64,000 nt of DNA from Podarcis melisellensis (lineage: Eukaryota), in the NCBI GenBank assembly GCA_964234715.1, contig OZ174275.1, one strand, 5' to 3'. Made by a program: the position numbers and the translations under genes. Every line of letters starts with the position of its first letter. The stretch's first letter is position 1. Positions 40,446 to 53,235 of the stretch are shown here, piece by piece. A model generated the notes under the pieces. The model did no database searches, was not told the origin of the DNA, and saw nothing but the letters and a program-made list of their open reading frames with translations.

Positions 40446-40680
40446 CAGTGGTACCTCGGGTTAAGAACTTAATTCGTTCTGGAGGTCCTGAAACTGTTCT
40501 TAACCTGAAGCACCACTTTAGCTAATGGGGCCTCCTGCTGCTGCAGCTGCGCCGCCGCCGCACGATTTCTGTTCTCATCCTGAAGCAAAGTTCTTAACCT
40601 GAGGTACTATTTCTGGGTTAGTGGAGTCTGTAACCTGAAGCGTCTATAACCTGAAGCGTCTGTAACCCAAGGTACCACTC
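40446..40680. mobile_element. Tc1/mariner-superfamily (Tigger-like) MITE
   Basis: TIR CAGTGGTACCTCGGGTTA / TAACCCAAGGTACCACTC, TA flanks and internal TAACCTGAAG repeats. Related to 26099-26339. Confidence 0.85.
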
Positions 40681-42543
40681 TATTTGGGTGCAGAAGCATA
40701 ACCTTCAATAAAATCCTGAAGTCTAACATCAGCAGCAGCACACACATATGTAGTCACAAAAATTTCTGGAAGCCACAGGAGGGAAGAGTGCTCTTGTGCT
40801 CAAATACAGCTTGCCAGTGTCCCATGAACATCTGGTGAGCCACTGAGAACAGGGTGATGGATTAGATGGGCCTTTGGCCTGATCCAGCATGCTCTTCTGA
40901 TGTTCTTATATATTTGTAGTTACATGTCATTGAACTATGAAATATTAAAGCTGAAAGTGTTTCGGTGTTTCTCCCCCCCCCCTTTTTAATAAGATACCTT
41001 CAATGGTGTGAAGATAATTACGGAATGAATGGTTGACCCTGGCCACACCCGTACACTTTGTTTCATTTCCTATGTTGTCCAGCCTTTACACAGGATTGCC
41101 CCAGAATTCCCAGATTTGTTACTTATGGAGCTAGTCAGAAATCTAGCACACAATCTCAAAGTAAGGTAGTCTTGCTCTGATCAGTGATCCAGACCCAGAG
41201 CAGCAACATCCACTTTAGGTTTATTGTGGCATGGCTGTGTACAACTGGTTTCTGTTTAAATGAACTTTTATTGCAATTTCCATAGTATAATTAGAGAGTC
41301 ACTGTATAATAAGTAGTAGAGAACTTAATCCATAAAGAGCACATGAGCTTCTACCACATGCTTCAGATGTACACCATTCTGTTGCAGGATAAATAAATTC
41401 TGTGCCACATTTTTTAAAAAAGGGATAAGTTCATAATGCCCTTTGGTGTTGCCATCCTTTTCATGTGTAGGATGAAGAGTGCTAGTAAAAAGCCACTCTG
41501 AGATGGAAGTACATGGCTGCGTTTTCATTTCAGTTGGCAATATCCTTGTATGGCTTTGCACGGCTTTTGGGTTGACATTTACAGTGGTTGCAAATTGTAT
41601 CATTCCTTTGCTGTGTACTTTCAGCAGCAGCTCCACTAAACTTTCTTTCAACTTTTTTGCCAACTGGCAGGATGAGTCAGAGAGATGCAGTCTGAGTCAG
41701 CAGGCTCTGCCTGTCTGTGGCTATCTAAACTAGAAGCCTTAACATGGTAACTTTTGCAGAGCTATTGCAACACAGACGAGAACTGCGAATCATCTGAAAG
41801 GTCTCAGTTGGTTCATGAACCTTGATCTAGTCAGAAATCAGAGCTTGGAATAGGCAGATACGGAAAAAGTAAAATCCAGTCTTGGAGGAAAGCGTTTATG
41901 TTTTTTCTGTCACACCAGGAGTGGCCAATCTGGTTCCCTCCAGATGTTTTTGGACTACAACTCCCAGCATCCCTGACTATTGGGCCATGTTGGATGGGGC
42001 CGATCATAGCTGGTCAGAGCTGATCGGAGGGAACCACATTGGTTACCTACACATCTCACTATCTGCCAGTTGTAGCTCTGGATAGGAAGACACCTTGAAT
42101 GACAAAGAAGCAAATGAGAAACCTAAATTTAAGAGCTGCACAGTTGTAAAAAAAATGGCGGGAGGAACATTGACCCATATTGAATGCTGTTGGAAGTTCA
42201 TTGTAAGCTTTCTCTGATCCCTGCTGGCACAGCTTGTGTTTATGGCTGAAGAGGGGCAAGGTACAAATGCTTTAAATATATAAATATTACTTTTGCTTAG
42301 AGCAAAATAAAATCAGTCCCACCCAGGCAAGAGGAATCAGCCATCCCTGCATCTGACCATTCTTTGCAATCCAGAAAACTGTTTGACACATCTAGACGCA
42401 TCTAGGGAACAGATGTATTTCCAAATGATGTATCGGGTATGTATTTATTAAGTGCATGGAAAATAGGTTAGGTGGGAAGGCAGGGTATTTGCAAAATTCA
42501 GGTGAATTATTGGGAGTTTTGGTAAACTGAACATATATAAATG

Positions 42544-43439
42544 TGTTGAATTGTTTCTTTAAATGTAAAGGTTCATCATTGTTCCACCCGATGTCTATGT
42601 CTTTAAGGGGCCAGAGCAAGGGCCAGAGCAAAATAACGAGACCCAGCTTTACAGCTGTGAAATATAGCAGGTACTGCTGAGTTGTATTGATTAAGCTGTG
42701 TCAGCAATTGGGTGTAGTATATAAGGAGCCTAGACAGCATCTTAAAAAGTAGAGACATCACCTTGCCAACAAAGGTCTGTATAGTAAAAGCTACGGTTTT
42801 TCCCAGTAGTGATGTATGGAAGTGAGAGCTGGACCATAAAGAAGGCTGATCACCGAAGAATTGATGCTTTTGAATTATGGTGCTGGAGGAGACTCTTGAG
42901 AGTCCCATGGACTGCAAGAAGATCAAACGTATCCATTCTGAAGGAAATCAGCCCTGAGTGCTCACTGGAAGGACAGATCCTGAAGCTGAGGCTCCAATAC
43001 TTTGGCCACCTCATGAGAAGAGAAGACTCCCTGGAAAATACCCTGATGTTGGGAAAGATGGAGGGCACAAGGAGAAGGGGACGACAGAGGATGAGATGGT
43101 TGGATGGTGTTCTTGAAGCTACCAGCATGAGTTTGATCAAACTGCGGGAGGCAGTGGAGGACAGAAGTGCCTCGCGTGCTCTGGTCCATGGGGTCACGAA
43201 GAGTCGGACATGACTAAACGCCTAAACAACAACAACATACAAGGAGCAGCACCTAGCTCTCCCATTACCCTGGGGGATGCGTTGGTGGTTGGGTCTGGTT
43301 TGTTGTTGATGTATTTAGTGTAAATGGAGTTTCTGTTTTTCTTATTAAAACCTTGTTTAAATACTTTTTGAGTCCCTTTTTAATGCTTGGTCTCCCCAGC
43401 AAGCTCTCTGCAGCACTACTAAACTGCAAATAGCCAACA
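42544..43439 (+). mobile_element. Solo LTR (about 378 bp net) interrupted by BovB
   Basis: Inverted termini TGTTG...CAACA. Perfect 5-bp TSD AAATG at 42539-42543 and 43440-43444. TATATAA at 42718-42724, ATTAAA at 43344-43349 and a 12-bp tandem GGGCCAGAGCAA x2 at 42608-42631. Confidence 0.8.
42730..43236 (+). mobile_element. BovB (RTE) LINE, 5'-truncated
   Basis: Encodes MYGSESWTIKKADHRRIDAFELWCWRRLLRVPWTARRSN...QYFGHLMRR...RRRGRQRMRWLD (RTE ORF C-terminus) and ends in an (AAC)n tail. 11-bp TSD ATATAAGGAGC / ATACAAGGAGC at 42719-42729 and 43237-43247. Confidence 0.95.
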
Positions 43440-43499
43440 AAATGAACCTCTTAAATGTAAAAATGGAGGGAGGAGTCATGTATCAGATGGATAGCAACT

Positions 43500-45080
43500 C
43501 AATAGTATGGGAAAGGAGATACAAGCAGTGGACAGAGAGCAGCATCTTTGGTCATGTAAGATGAAGGATTTATGGAAAAACATGTAGAGAAAAGAGAAGA
43601 CAAATATGTAAAAAAGTACAAGACTGGAAAATTAAATCAAACCCAAACCCAGAAGATCCATTTTAGCACAATTAAGTTGAAGAAAATGGGCATTCGTTCT
43701 ATGAGAGATGGCAGAGTAGGCCAGAATAGAAGATTGGGGCAAGAGATGAGTTGAAAAATTAAAGTAACAAAAGTTGTAGGTCATCATTCTTAAGGTGGTG
43801 TTGAACACAAAATGAATATATAATGTAAAAAGAAGGGGGCCTAATACTGATCTCTCAAGAACTCATGTAAAGGGAAAAAACTGTAAAAAACGAACAATTG
43901 GAAAACTCCTTAAAAGAGCGATCATAAAGTTGTTATTAAAATCATGAGAAAACAATGCCTGAAAAATGTAAGATAGAAAGGAGAAATGAATGGTTGTCTG
44001 AATCAGAGACTGTATGGGAGATGAGCCCAGCACTAGATGTGCAGAATATTAACTCTTAGATTTTGCTGAAAGGAGATACGCAATTGGCAATATGCGTCAG
44101 AAAAGAGCAAAACCAGATTGAAATAGATCTATAAGAGAAAGTGAAAGAGAGGAAAGTAGCAAAACAACCCTAGGCATGTCTATTCCTAAGTAAACCACAG
44201 AATAAGATTATCAATAAGATAAGATAAGAACAAAGGAAGAAAAGACTTAAAAAATAAAATAAAAAGGCCCACAAGGGCAGAATTAAAGGAAGAACCGGAA
44301 GACAGAAACATGGCAAATGTAGAATAGAACCTAGAAGGAAAGTTCAAAAGGGTAATAGAATTTTACATGGGAACTTGGTCAAGAGGATTAGAATTAGCAT
44401 GGATTTAAATGGAAACAAATCAGATAAGTTAGAGAAAAAGAAGCAAAGGAATCAGCATCTTAATGATATGGAAGAAATGGCAGGAAAAAAGCAATGCAGA
44501 AGATGTTCAGAATGAAGGGCAGATAGAAAAAAGTCTTGTCCAAAGAAAATTCACTAAAAGCTAGTGGACTAAAGAAAGAAGAACCCGGGTGGCAGGTTGA
44601 AGAAGTAAAGTTTACAAAAAGGAAAGAGTAGGGGATGAGAAATGTATATGAGAAGAAAATTTTAATTGCTTAGACGAGGACAGAGCTGAAGAAAACATAA
44701 AACTGCAATGAATGTATTCAGGAGAAGAATGATCTTTACACCATAGACCTTCAGCAGAATGAAGGGTAGAGATAATGAACATTTGGAGTAAACAGGATGA
44801 CAGAAGAAAAAGAAAGCATGATCAACACAACAGAGCAAAACAGACAAGCGAGAAAGGAAGTACAGAGGTAAGTGATGATGTTGCAGAGTGTGCGAAGGAA
44901 GCAGATGAAAGCCGATAGAGATAAACAGAAGTTCTTGGGATCACATGACCGATGGTCAAATGACAACATGAGACAGAGGAGGAATGCGAAGGAGAATATT
45001 GAATATTGAGGAATAAAATAAATAAATGGTGATCTAATAAGTTCATTAACAGAACAACAAGAAGAAACAACAACAAGATC
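43500..45080 (-). mobile_element. Ancient, highly degenerate L2-like LINE ORF2
   Basis: Strong purine skew on +. The minus strand near 43780-43865 retains an RT-motif remnant resembling GVPQGSVLGPLLF...DD. Boundaries approximate. Confidence 0.55.
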
Positions 45081-45103
45081 TTGGATATTATCAGCTGTGT
45101 GAG

Positions 45104-45243
45104 CAGGGCTCCCCCCCCCCCAGCTGGAACTTGCCAGAGCTCAGTTCTGGCACCAATCAGGTGGGTGCCATTGCCATTATAAGAGAACAAGGGAGGCGCT
45201 CATGTTGACTTTCAGCACCTCTTTTTCAAGAAAAATAGCACTG
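45104..45243. mobile_element. hAT MITE (140 bp)
   Basis: Termini CAGGGCT...AGCACTG with a perfect 8-bp TSD TGTGTGAG at 45096-45103 and 45244-45251. Confidence 0.85.
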
Positions 45244-47384
45244 TGTGTGAGCAAGGGGAAGGAAAGAGCTCCAGAAGATATGAGGATATCTGCTCAGATG
45301 CCCACAGGAGGGCGAGGCACTAAGGAGGGGGGAGGAGAGGAAAAAAACCAGGTCAAAGATTGACTCATCAAGCATTGAGCATCGCCTTTCCAGATGACCT
45401 GTTTATTGAGCACCTAATTTGCTTGCACAATGCCTGTCTGGATGTTAGATTATATCCAATCTTTATTGAGCATTCATTCTGATTTCCTAGTGGGGTGTTT
45501 ATACGTCTTCCTGTTATTCAGACACCCCAGACTTTTCGATGCATTTCCCCATAACTTTGTAAATGGCAAAAAAATCTGATTCTTTTTAAAAAGTGGATTC
45601 GTTGGGCTGGGGCAACAAAGCCCTTTAATCCAGTTTAACTGCAGAAACCTACAGTTCTAATATGTGCTTGTATTCCTCCTGCATAATAGTGACAGTTTGG
45701 AGGAACCACAGTCCTTTTTTGGAAACTGTGTACTGTGCCCTGCTTTGATACACTCCCCATCCCTGCTTTTGTGGTCCAAGAGAGGTAGCAGAATGAGGAG
45801 ATACATCGAGGTGCTGGTTGATTGCAGCTGGATAGGTTAGTCACTATTCAATGGCCTTCTCTGGCCAATGATGGGAGGGGAAGTGTAGTACCCATCCACC
45901 AGGTCTTCCAAAAAGGAAATGCACTGCTCTCTACAGTGGAAGATTTCAAACATCAGTCCATACATCATATAAATAATATAGAAGGTTCCCATTGCCAGCA
46001 GTCAGGTGAACACTTTGCATACTGAAGAAATCAATTCATGAAGAGTACAAGCACCATCTTTCAGTTCAGCCACACTTCTGTGCAAAAGCAGGGAAGGGGT
46101 GGGCACAGCTGAAGCAGCCTGAGCACAGGCAGGGAGAACTGTGGAAGAGCAGGCGACAAGGGAAGGACCTGTGGATATCCATTCATTTGGCGATTAGTGT
46201 CTTGGAAGGACACCGCTTGAGACCTTCTGGCTTTCTCCATCCCCAAGAGCTTATCCTGGTATGTCACCTCTCATTCTCTAAAGTATTCCGTGGTGGCCAG
46301 GCACTCTGCAGGGTCACAACATTGTTCAGGCTCCCCTTCCAAGCTTCCATCTTCGGCAAGCTCACACGGTCGAGTCCGGGAACGGCAGCAAATCCCTTCA
46401 GACTTAACTTGGTTTTAAAACGTTCCCTTCTCTTTCTTCTTTTGTTTGAGACATTTGGCGGCTCCAGCTTTTTAGAAGCAGCCATCTCCGAGACAAATGC
46501 CCCTAATGTGCAAGCCACAACTGGATCCAGATGTGCAATAAAGTTGCAGCGTAGGGATGGGAAGAGGGGGAGGCACCCGGAAAGCTTGACTCATCAAGGG
46601 CCGACTGTGTTTTGGGAGGTATAGGCTTCTGGCCAGGGAGGTGTGTGAGCGGGGGGATCATAATGCGTGCAATGCGACTCCCCTTGAGCTGATGGAAATT
46701 TTTAAAAAGGCTGAGAGTAGGATTAATCCCAGAAGTAAGGGAGGGACCAGTTCCTGTGCTGTCTTCCAAGGAACTGCCCTTAAAGGAACTGTCCAGCTGC
46801 CCAAATGTTTGGGCAGTTTAAAAGGAGCTCAGTGGAACCTTCCCGCTGCCTGGATTTTGTTGATGTTGCAATTGTACCTGGCGAATGCTAGCATCTGCCA
46901 TGAGTAAGTGAATGTAAAATGTCAGTTCCTCTGTGTCTCTCATGGGATTCTGCAAGGGGGGGGGGTAATCAGGAGAGAAAGGATGGGCTAATAGAAGGGC
47001 AGGGCTGTGGGTATTTCATACTTGCTTAATAGGCACTGTGGAGCCTGGTCCAGAAATTTCTCTTACAAACGTCGTTGGTCTCGATACTCCCACAGAATCA
47101 GAAGTAAAATGCAGCCTTTGTGCACAAGTCTGTCTATTCTGAGCACATCTTTCATCTCCCTGTTGGGCATTTTCCTGTCCAAAAACACCCCTCTCCAGCT
47201 GATTCCCTTCCATTCCACAGGGCTACAAATATAGGTGCGTACCCTTGTCAGCCAAGGTTGTGTGTGGTCCTCTAGGTGTTACTGGACTGTAACACCCATA
47301 ATCTCTAACCATTGACCATGGCTGGGCTGATGGGAGCTGGAGGGCCACAAGTCCCCCCCCCCCCCGCAACTGCTAGAATATTGA

Positions 47385-47598
47385 GGGTGGGTGGAGAAGC
47401 AGCTTGGGAGACCAGGGTTCAAATTCCCACTCAGCATGAAGCTCAAAGGGTGACCCTGGGCCAGCCACTGTCTCTCAGCCTGACCAACCTCACAGGGCTG
47501 TTGCGAGGATGAAATGAGAAGGAGATAATTTTGTTTGCTTCCTCAAGCTGCTTGGAAGAAAGATGGGAATAGAAATAGATAGAAATAAATAAATAAAT
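47385..47598 (+). mobile_element. CORE-type SINE (Squam3-like)
   Basis: B-box gggttcaaattcc, core 'tctctcagcctgaccaacctcacagggctgttg' and an (AAAT)n tail. Confidence 0.7.
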
Positions 47599-48140
47599 GT
47601 GGAATAAAAAAAGGGCTGGTGAAGTTTGCATGTAACATGTAAGTTTATGTCCTTGAGTCAGAGAAATGCAGTTTTTGTATTCCTCTTTTTCAGCCTTACA
47701 GCACAATTCTATGCATAGCTATTCAGAAAAGTTCCATTGGATTCAATGATAGTAAGTGAGTATAGGACTACAGCCTTAGACTTGGCCTTACTCTGCACAC
47801 ATTCTCAATTGCTGTTCTCCGCATTGTCAGGGAATAGCCAAAACCTTACCCAGTAATTACGGGTTAAGGCGGGGCGCATCATGGCCTGTCCCTCATCTTC
47901 TGTGTATGATCTGACATGGACAGCTAGGTAAACAAAACTGGGAAATGGTGAGTGTCTTGTCTAAACATTCCTTGAGCCTCCTTGTGCTGGTTGTAAAAGG
48001 ATTAATGGAAGCAGGGCTCTATGCTGAACACAATTTATGACACAGTATTCTGTGTGTGTAAGAGCAATTGCATTCTGTGGGACTTCAGAATTTTGGAAGT
48101 GACTGCTCTCTAGCATTCTATAGAAATTGATTTGTCTGGG

Positions 48141-48306
48141 GGAAGGGCAGGAGCTCAGTGGGAGAGAATCCGCTTTGCATGCAGAAGGTTCCCGGTTGAA
48201 ACTCTGGCTTGGGAAAATTCCTTGTTTGAAACTCTGGAGAGCTACTTCCAGCCATTGTAGACAATATTGAGTTGATGGACTAGCGGTCTGACTCTGTTCC
48301 TATGTT
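48141..48306 (+). mobile_element. tRNA-derived SINE (Squam2-like)
   Basis: A-box agctcagtgg, 'tttgcatgcagaagg..ggttgaaact' and tail 'gtctgactc..ttcctatgtt'. Confidence 0.65.
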
Positions 48307-49378
48307 ATCTGAGAACAGCTCACACTTGCAAAGATGTTGGGCTGTCTGGACTAATTATATGGGGTGTCTTTGGGTTGTCTACAGATGCAGCAGCCTGAAG
48401 CGGCCAGATCCTGAGATAGTAGTGCCACCCCAGAGTGTAAGTCTGGGAGTCCTTTATTTAAAAATGTTTCCCCATATTAAAATTCCTGTAGGAGAAAAAA
48501 TAGTTTATCAGGGATAAAAATTATAGCTCAACCCATTTCCTGCATTGTTGGTTTTCTTCTTGCAAGAAATCTTTAAGCACAGGTGGGCATTAACAAATGT
48601 GATCCTCCCACTTGCAGTCTAAAGTGGTCAGTGGAGGCTGACCCACTAGGGACAATGGAGCACTGCCTCACCAACCTCAGTCTGCCCTCAGCGACCCCCC
48701 CACCTGCCTGATTTCTTACCTACAATCATTCCAGAGCATGGCACTGGCTGTCAGCTCCTTCCTCCTTAGCCTCATGGTTGTCCTTGTAGAACTTGGAAGG
48801 TGGGAGGATGGGGTCAAAACTAGAATGAATTGGCTGTGGCGCCACCTACTGTTGGTCTCCTTGCCTTCTGCCCTACCACTCCCAAAGGGAGCAAGCCAAC
48901 ACTGAAAGCAGTGCAGTTGATTCTCTCACCTCAGAACTCTGCCCCCTCATGCCCACCTTAGTGAGCTGTGCTTGTGGGCCAGGCCAGCATGAGTTCTGTG
49001 GAGAGGTCATTTTTGAAGATGGAGCATGAGGTATAGCTTTCCTGAGAAAGTCCCCAGGACACCTCTGCTTAATTCTGCTCTCCATTAAGAATGGCATGGC
49101 AGACATGCCCCATTTCCAGCTGTGTGTCTGGACGGGCTGATAAGACTCAGACGGGCAGCCCGTTTGCATGAGGAATTTGCAATGTTTTATTTCACCCTCC
49201 CCTCCAAGAAACAATCCATTCTCTCCCCGCCCCTTGGACTCCCACTCTGATTCTTCATATGGGCTAGCTTATGAATGCCATGCCCTTTAAAGCCGAAGGA
49301 GGGAAAAAGAGCCCCGCACAGCTAGTGGTGTTGTTTTTGGGCGTGTGTGATGTTGTACTTGGACAGTGATGCATTGAC

Positions 49379-49402
49379 GGGTGGGGTGGGGGTGGGGGGG
49401 GG
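49379..49402 (+). promoter_or_regulatory. Potential G-quadruplex about 400 bp upstream of the alternative ATG
   Basis: GGG-T-GGGG-T-GGGGG-T-G9: four G-runs with 1-nt loops. Function not shown. Confidence 0.35.
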
Positions 49403-49801
49403 AAGAGAGGCTGTGCTAATAAGGTGGAGATTGGGAAGGAAAATCCCTTTCGAGTCTGAAAGCTTTTTCCTCTCTGCTTAATCACACTGCACACCCTGCT
49501 CTCCCAAGCTCACCACCCCAGAAAGCCCCAGACAAGCAGGTCTGCCTCCCCTTTCACCGATGTCTGAAATCAAGACCTTGGCTCCTCTCCATCTTCAACA
49601 GAATACTGTGTAACTTCTTCCTCCTCTCTGCCAGCTTTGACTAACAGCATCTGCACTGGCTAACTTTTGCACAAACAATTGCTGCTTCTTGCTTCACTAT
49701 GGCAGAAGGAGAAGCTCACTAAGGTGAGGCCAAGAGTTTCCTGTCCCTTGGATGTAGTAACCATCTTGGAGGTGCAATTTGAGATAGAACAGCGCAGCGA
49801 G

Positions 49802-49828
49802 ATGGATTTTGGAAGCGTAATGAACCAG
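49802..49828 (+). CDS. TNS1: Tensin-1 alternative first coding exon (MDFGSVMNQ)
   Basis: gagATGg (strong Kozak context). ATG GAT TTT GGA AGC GTA ATG AAC CAG|gtacta gives a phase-0 donor. The peptide matches the N-terminus of chicken tensin (MDFGSVMNQAATPC..., from memory). The 5' UTR start is unknown. Confidence 0.85.
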
Positions 49829-52644
49829 GTACTATTTATCTGTCTTTCCCGCCCCCCTCCCCTGATTTAAAAGGGAAGTTGGGAGAAGTGTCAGTGGGAA
49901 ATCAGAACTGCTTGCAAGTGAGTGAAGAAATGTATTTAGTTTAATCACAAAAATTTTAGGGGCTAGAAGTATACCGGGATTATAAAATGAGTTGCAAAAT
50001 GGTGACAGCTAAAAAAAACCAGCTGGGCATTTGGGGAAAGCATTAAACATCTGAAGAAAGTTAGGAATATGCTGTTGAAGGATTATGTGCTGTACCGTTC
50101 TTCTGTTCCCATAGTAATCTATTTTCAGTTCAGTGTGCTTCTGTGTTCTCTCCTTTTTATTGGGACAGGCGTATCTTTCCTTCGGTATGTAAAGGAGATG
50201 GTCTGTCATTCTGCACCCATAACCCTGCTAGCACCACTGTTAGCTGGCATAAAAGAATATACTGTAGCAGGCAGGTTTGATGGGACAGTTTTGGATTCAG
50301 CACTGTGAAAGTGAGAAGGAGAATGCAGAGCTGAAGGTGGGTGCCTGCACATAAACTCTGCCGCCTCCACCTGTTGGCTCATCAGCTTGGTAAGGACTAT
50401 GGGGCAAATAATTGGAAGGATTGGAAGGCGTTTGCAGGCAGCAATCAGAAGAAAGTGCCAAAATTAGATTTCAAAAGGGTGAAGTTATTTTATATCGGAA
50501 GGAGATGTGTAAAGCAAAATTCAGATTTGACCACTTTCCTAAATCCCCAGCATAGAGACATGTACACACATCACTTGCCAAGTCTGATTAACTTTACCAT
50601 CAGAGCAGAAGTGATCCTTGTCATTGATTGCTCATTATGCGCGATTGTGGAATTTTTTTTTGGTAGCATGCTCATATATTTAGTAAGTGTCAGTGGTAGA
50701 ATCAGTGTGTCACATGAACTGCAGGTAACATTAACTTTGATTTTTAGTAGCAATTGTAAGGAGCTAAAGTTGTCACAGCTGAAAGTCAGAGTCAGCAGCA
50801 GGTCCAGATTTTTACTGAAGAATTCCTCAAAGCACATGGATTCAAACTTGTTCATAATTTCAGCTCTGGTTTGTGTTCCTCGCTTTAAATCTTAACTGAA
50901 GCTCTTCATTAACTAAGCTGCAGGGATCCACTATCCAATATATATTTGCAATATTTTTGTAAAGCTCTCCCAATCCACCTTCTATCCAGAGAGCAGTAAC
51001 TCCAGCCTTTAACACCAATGTCTACACTCTGTGAGGGTTTTGTTAGGAAAGAGATGGGATAATTCTGACCGTTTTCCAGACTGGGGTGTCCGTGGCTGGC
51101 ACCGTCTCTTTCTGCCTTCGATGTCAGGTCCTGCAGTAATTGTTCTTCTGGTTAATGAATGCCCACATAGTTTGGTGGCATGAAATTCAAGAACCCAAGT
51201 TGCAGAAATCCAGAATTCTTCTCCATTTCCTCAGCATGGCAAGTATCCGTGCTGTACCCCAGATGCTCTGATTTTTCTTAGGAGACTTATCAAGAGAGGC
51301 TTGACAGTCCAAGAGAAAGCTAGGCTAACGCGATGGTATGTCTGGCTTGATTTCACACTCTGAGCAGAGCTTTCAGCACAGATGGATTTAGGCTTGGTCC
51401 GCGATCTGTTCTTTGAAAAAGGAAACAGCCTTCGCAAGCCTGGAAATGGATGCGTCATCCTACAAAAAAAGCAAAACAAAGGCCACTGTCGGAAGCTTCT
51501 CATGACCGGCCGGAGGCTACAGAAATCAACAAGCTCCAGGCAGTCTGTGCAGAGTACATGTTAGAGAGAGAAAAGCTTAGAGTAACTGCATGTTGTGACA
51601 TGAATCTTGGGCATATTGGAGAGCATTCTAGGTTGCAGGGGGAGGAATCCCTCACCCAACAGAGGTTAGCCAAGGGGTCATTTTTCTCAGGCAGAAGGAC
51701 TCACTAATACAGGCTGGTATGCAGGTATGTGGTGAGATGTTCAATGTTTATCCACTAAATCAACATCAGTGACTACAACCTCTGAGCCCAGGCACAATGA
51801 TAAACACAAGAGCACCAAACATTATGTGGAAAAAAGTTCAATTACAGTCAAACAATGGGCACATTTCAGAAAAGGGTAAGCACACTAAAATCCTTCTGAG
51901 ATAGATGGGCTTTTAAGTTCTGATCTGTGTGGTTTATTTTGCTTTAATGTCAAGCAACATGTCAAGCTTTGCTTGGCGTGATTCCTGTGCGTTCAGCAAC
52001 AGAGTTCAGTATACCACATCCTTCAACATTTGATTGACCTTTGCTTTGTATTATGGCCCCAATTCAGATTTAGTCAGGTCCTGGGTGGAGATGTGCACCC
52101 TCTGTTCTCAACCTTTGGGTCCCCAGATGTTGGGCTACAACTCCCATCATCCCTGAGCTCTGGCCTTGCTAGCTAGGGGTGATGGGAGTTGTAGTTCAAC
52201 AACATCTGGGGACCCATAGGTTGAGAAAGGCTGAATAAAGAGACAATTATGTATGGAATTTCTTTTGCAAGGTTTTATATTTTTGTTAAACTTATTTTTT
52301 TTTTAAAAAAACCTCTGCCTGCAGTGGCAGCAAGGTGAGGCAGATGGAGAAGGAAGTTGTGTTGGGGAGAGCCACGATAACAGTTCATGTCTGTGTTGAA
52401 AACAGGTGGCCAGTCCCCCTCTTGTGTGTCTCATTCTCAGATCACTAATTTTGTTAGATTTTTAGATTTGCTTCTCCAGTGAAGACAAATCTTCCATCAT
52501 ATTGTCCAAACAAGCACTGTTTGCAGGTGACTGGGTACCCACATTTAGGCAAAAACCACCCCCCCAAACCCATGCACGTTAGCTTACCAGTGCACATATA
52601 GTAATTGAGAAATGAAGCTATAGTTGAAAAGACAAGACCTGTGT

Positions 52645-53003
52645 AAGGTAAAGGTAAAGGAACCCTGGACGGTTAAGTCCAGTCAAAGGCAACTATGGGG
52701 TATGGTGCTCATTTCCCTTTTCAGGCCGAGGGAGCCAGTGTTTGTCCACAGCTTTCTGGGTCATGATTAAATCACTACTGGCACATGGAGGACCGTGACG
52801 ATTGCCAGAGCGCACAGAAACGCTGTTTACTGTTCCACTGCAGCGGTACCTATTTATCTATTTGCCTTGGTATGCTTTTGAAATGCTAGGTTGGCAGAAG
52901 CTGGGACAGAGCAATGGGAGCTCACCCCATCACTCAGATTCGAACTGCCGACCTTCCAATCAGCAAGCCCAAGAAACTCAGTGGTTTAGACCACAGTGCC
53001 ACC
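52645..53003 (-). mobile_element. Sauria SINE, near full length
   Basis: (AAAGGT)n tail on +, 'gcggtacctatttatcta', 'gggagctcacccc..gattcgaactgccgaccttc', and 5' end 'ggtttagaccacagtgccacc'. Confidence 0.9.
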
Positions 53004-53235
53004 AGACCTTTTCCCCAAATCATTGTAAATGTGTTCATGAAGCCAATCTTCCTGCATAGGAGGAATGCTGTGAGACAGCTATGTGGTTTTAACCCATGTT
53101 TGGACTTCACCGTATTTCTAGGGTGAGTTGAGGGGAGAAAGCTTCAGCAAAACACTTAACAAAGGGCTAGAGTTCTTTACAATAAATCTGCCTTGGCAAT
53201 TAATGCAGTGTGCTTGGGGCATTGTTTTGTGGAAG

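Noticed and set aside
46264-46518. Basic 84-aa ORF with an NLS-like KRRKRR
   Set aside because: No recognisable family or exon structure; the basic run comes from a purine-rich tract.
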